Positions 61,265 through 64,000 of a stretch of DNA of 64,000 bases are shown here, one piece after another. The stretch covers positions 66,962,001-67,026,000 of the forward strand of contig NW_024704742.1 of NCBI RefSeq assembly GCF_018977255.1, written 5' to 3'. This DNA comes from Callorhinchus milii. Lineage: Eukaryota. Position numbers and translations under genes: made by a program. The stretch's first letter is position 1; each line of letters begins with the position of its first letter. A model generated the notes under the pieces. It ran no database searches. It was not told the DNA's origin and worked only from the letters and a program-made list of their open reading frames with translations.

Positions 61265-61576
61265 GTGGAGTCCTGTAGCTTAGTGGTTAGAGCACTCACC
61301 TTGCAAGCGAGATATCTGGGTTCAATTCCAGGCAGGGCGAAACCTTGGGCAAGTTTCCTTACTCCATACGCCTAATAATAATCCTCCAAAACAAAAACAA
61401 TAATAAATTGGTCATTTTCAATCCACGATTGTTTGTGGGACACTGCTGTGTGAAATTGGCTGCTGCATTTTGCCCACAAATATAAAGTCAATTCACTTTA
61501 CAGCATATTCTGTGAAGTGCTTTGAGACGTCTAGAAGACGTGAAAAGCACTATATCAAATGCAAGGATTATTATTA
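61265..61576 (+). mobile_element. Full-length SINE, short form, TAGAA loop
   Basis: gtggagtcctgtagcttagtggttagagc..gggttcaattcc; tail gagacgtctagaagacgtgaaaagc. Confidence 0.96.
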
Positions 61577-61859
61577 CTGTCGGGTCTATTATGCGCCATG
61601 CGTAACCCATGTGTATTATGCAATTAACATCTAATCCTTTTCATTATTTTGAATTGTATAAGAACACTGAGAATTCACTCTACCGTTTACATGTGATACA
61701 CAGTGACTATGTAACAAAAATTATTTTTGAAGATTATAAAATGCAAGCTCGTTACTATGAAGCTTTCCTTGCAAGATCACAAGATTGGAGGCCCTTTGCC
61801 CCATCCGATCTCATCCCTCCAGAACACCCACACCACCACTCCCTGACAACTGCATCAAG

Positions 61860-61977
61860 ATGCATTTTAAATCTAATATCCTGACCTCCACCACTTTTCC
61901 TGGCAACCTGTCCAGTTGTTGATTACCCTCTGCATAAGGAAAAACTTCTTGGTATCCGACCTGAAATTGCCCTTTAC
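61860..61977 (-). mobile_element. CR1 3' fragment
   Basis: rc similar to 10625-10725 (aaagggca..agagggtaatcaacaactggacaggttgccagg). Confidence 0.75.
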
Positions 61978-62200
61978 AACTACAACAACAAATTGCGTTT
62001 ATACAGTGCTTTTTACGTTGGGAGGACGTCCCAAGGGGCTGGACAATGAGGGGTTTGCACCCGAGCCACGAGTTGGGATCAGAGAGGGGTGGAGGGCAAG
62101 TGGGGGTTGGAGGAAGGAAGATGACTAAAACGAGATGGAAAAGGAAGGTCTTCACACGGGCCTTGAAGGAGGCAAGGGAGGCGACTAGGCAGAGGGGCTC
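61978..62200 (-). mobile_element. L2 3' fragment
   Basis: (AAC)n tail, gggaggacgtcccaagg. Confidence 0.88.
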
Positions 62201-63059
62201 TGGACTACTATAATACTAAACCATACTCGCACACCAATATGATTCAGCTTGATCTTGAAGGACAGTAATAATAAAATGAGATGCTCACAAACCTTTGATC
62301 AAGAACAGACACAATCTCAGTCAGTGACTTGCCCAAGGGTCACCTTCCCAAACGCACCATTAGGTATTCAGTAGATTCTACGGCGCTATTTGGAGAGATA
62401 AGGGAGTTTCTCCCAGTGTAGTGATCAACAATCTCTCAAATAAAATGAGTCATTTGTAAGACAATGCTGTGTGCAAATTGGCTCCTGCAAATTTGCCCAC
62501 AAGGTTCACAGTTTACAGAAGCACTTTGAGATTTCCTCCTGACATGAAAGATGTTGTACCAAATATGAGAATTATTATTGTTTTTGGCCAGGATATTTGT
62601 TATATGACCCCACTGAGTACTGATTGTCCAATCATTAGACTCCATGTTCCTTTTCCTTTTCCAACTGTTTTTCTGTTTTTCATTAAAAAAAATTGAAAAT
62701 TAAAGCAATATAATCCCACCACCTACATGCAACAAAAATGATACAAAAACTCAAATCCTTTCTAGCCAAACATTATTCAAAGTGCTCCTTCAGTACGTTT
62801 TGTTTTAACGTGTTCCATGGTAACAGGTCCTTGTGGTGTTTCATAGAATATTGCAGTCCAGAAAAACAGACCATCCAGCCTATCAAGTCAAGGCAGGTTA
62901 AATAGAGCGAAACCACACAGAAACAGGCCATTCGGCCCATCTAATCCTTGCTTTTCTCAGTGCTTTTCTCTGCCTTTGTTTCTTCTCCACATGAGACACC
63001 TCATCTAATATCACTTCTCCTACTTACTTCCCATATCATAATAACTGTATTCCTCTAAG

Positions 63060-63322
63060 CCCTATCATTGGTGTCTGAGCTTTACAATTCTATATCCCTA
63101 ACCGCTAGGCCTCCTCCCGCCCTCTGCTGCCTTGTCTCGCCCCTTAAAGTCCTGCCTTAAAACCTACCTCTTCAACTGCGACCATGGTCAACTTCTCCTT
63201 CTACCTCCTCTGCTCACCGTTGCTTAGTGGCTGTCCCTGCCATTGTAACACGTATTTGTATAGTACCCTTCACGTAGATGTTATTCTGCATGAAGGGTGC
63301 TATATAAATACAAGTTGTTGTT
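63060..63322 (+). mobile_element. Old L2 3' fragment ending in a fold-back tail
   Basis: gccttaaaacctacctcttc; palindromic tail 63247-63322. Confidence 0.7.
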
Positions 63323-63809
63323 TTCCTCTTTTTCGAGGTTCTGTGCAATTCCCTTTTAAAAATGAATATATCTTTCACTATGTCAAACAAACCCCACAAC
63401 AGGTACGGTGACTAAGAAAAGCTGAAGTTCAAATAGATGCAGGAATGTAATAAAATATCACAGTGCTGAGTTATAAAACCAGGATTAAAATATAGATGTG
63501 TAGCTATATTAGGACTGCATGTTTACTGTTGTTTCTACGTTTCTGATCACCTAACTCATATAGAATAGGTTCTATTTCCAGTTGAAATGTTTATATGTGC
63601 TTCGACCAAGTAAACCTGTTATGTACGAAGGGATGGATATGTGGGTGGATGTTTTGTTGGAATATTTGACTCTAGTTTTCCAGTACATATTGTTTTGTTG
63701 ATGATGGGGTGGGAGGTTGGGGAGAAAGGAGATAGCACTATTTTAATGCTTTTATTTTAAAATTAATGTGCAAAAACCAGCATATCGCAAAACTTGTGGA
63801 CAACTGAGA

Positions 63810-63959
63810 CAACTGTTTGTGGGACACTGCTGTGCGCAATTGGCTGCCATGTTTCTCCCGCAAAATACAGTCAATTCACTTTACAGTATATTCTGTGAAG
63901 CGCTTCGAGATGTCAACCGTGATAAGGTGCTATATCAAATGCAAAGATTATTATTACTA
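63810..63959 (+). mobile_element. SINE 3' half
   Basis: ctgtttgtgggacactgctgtgcgcaattggctgcc..tatatcaaatgcaaagattattatt. Confidence 0.92.
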
Positions 63960-64000
63960 TAAATATAGAATTTCTTTTGAAATGAAGGCTGATCTGAATA

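Overview
Eukaryotic, repeat-rich and almost entirely non-coding DNA. The repeat families are a tRNA-headed SINE with an L2-type tail, L2 and CR1 LINEs, and Deu-domain and LF-SINE-like relics. They point to a cartilaginous fish, probably a holocephalan (elephant shark or chimaera); this is inference from recalled repeat consensus, not a database result. No complete host gene is visible, and the long ORFs are LINE remnants or low-complexity artefacts. A promoter-like, TE-depleted block at about 17.6-24.1 kb and a few short candidate exons suggest the 5' end and first large introns of an unidentified plus-strand gene. Main observations: (1) a 215-bp segment present twice at ~97% identity, each copy against the tail of a SINE, while those two SINEs are only ~85% identical; (2) SINE subfamilies that keep the L2 3' stem but swap its 5-nt loop, the best-preserved ones matching the young L2; (3) recurrent outward-facing pairs of L2 tails; (4) an unclassified ~400-bp dispersed repeat; (5) an inverted pair of hammerhead-like motifs; (6) a CR1 lacking its RT domain. 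I cannot establish that any of these is a new system. Boundaries of old repeats are approximate.
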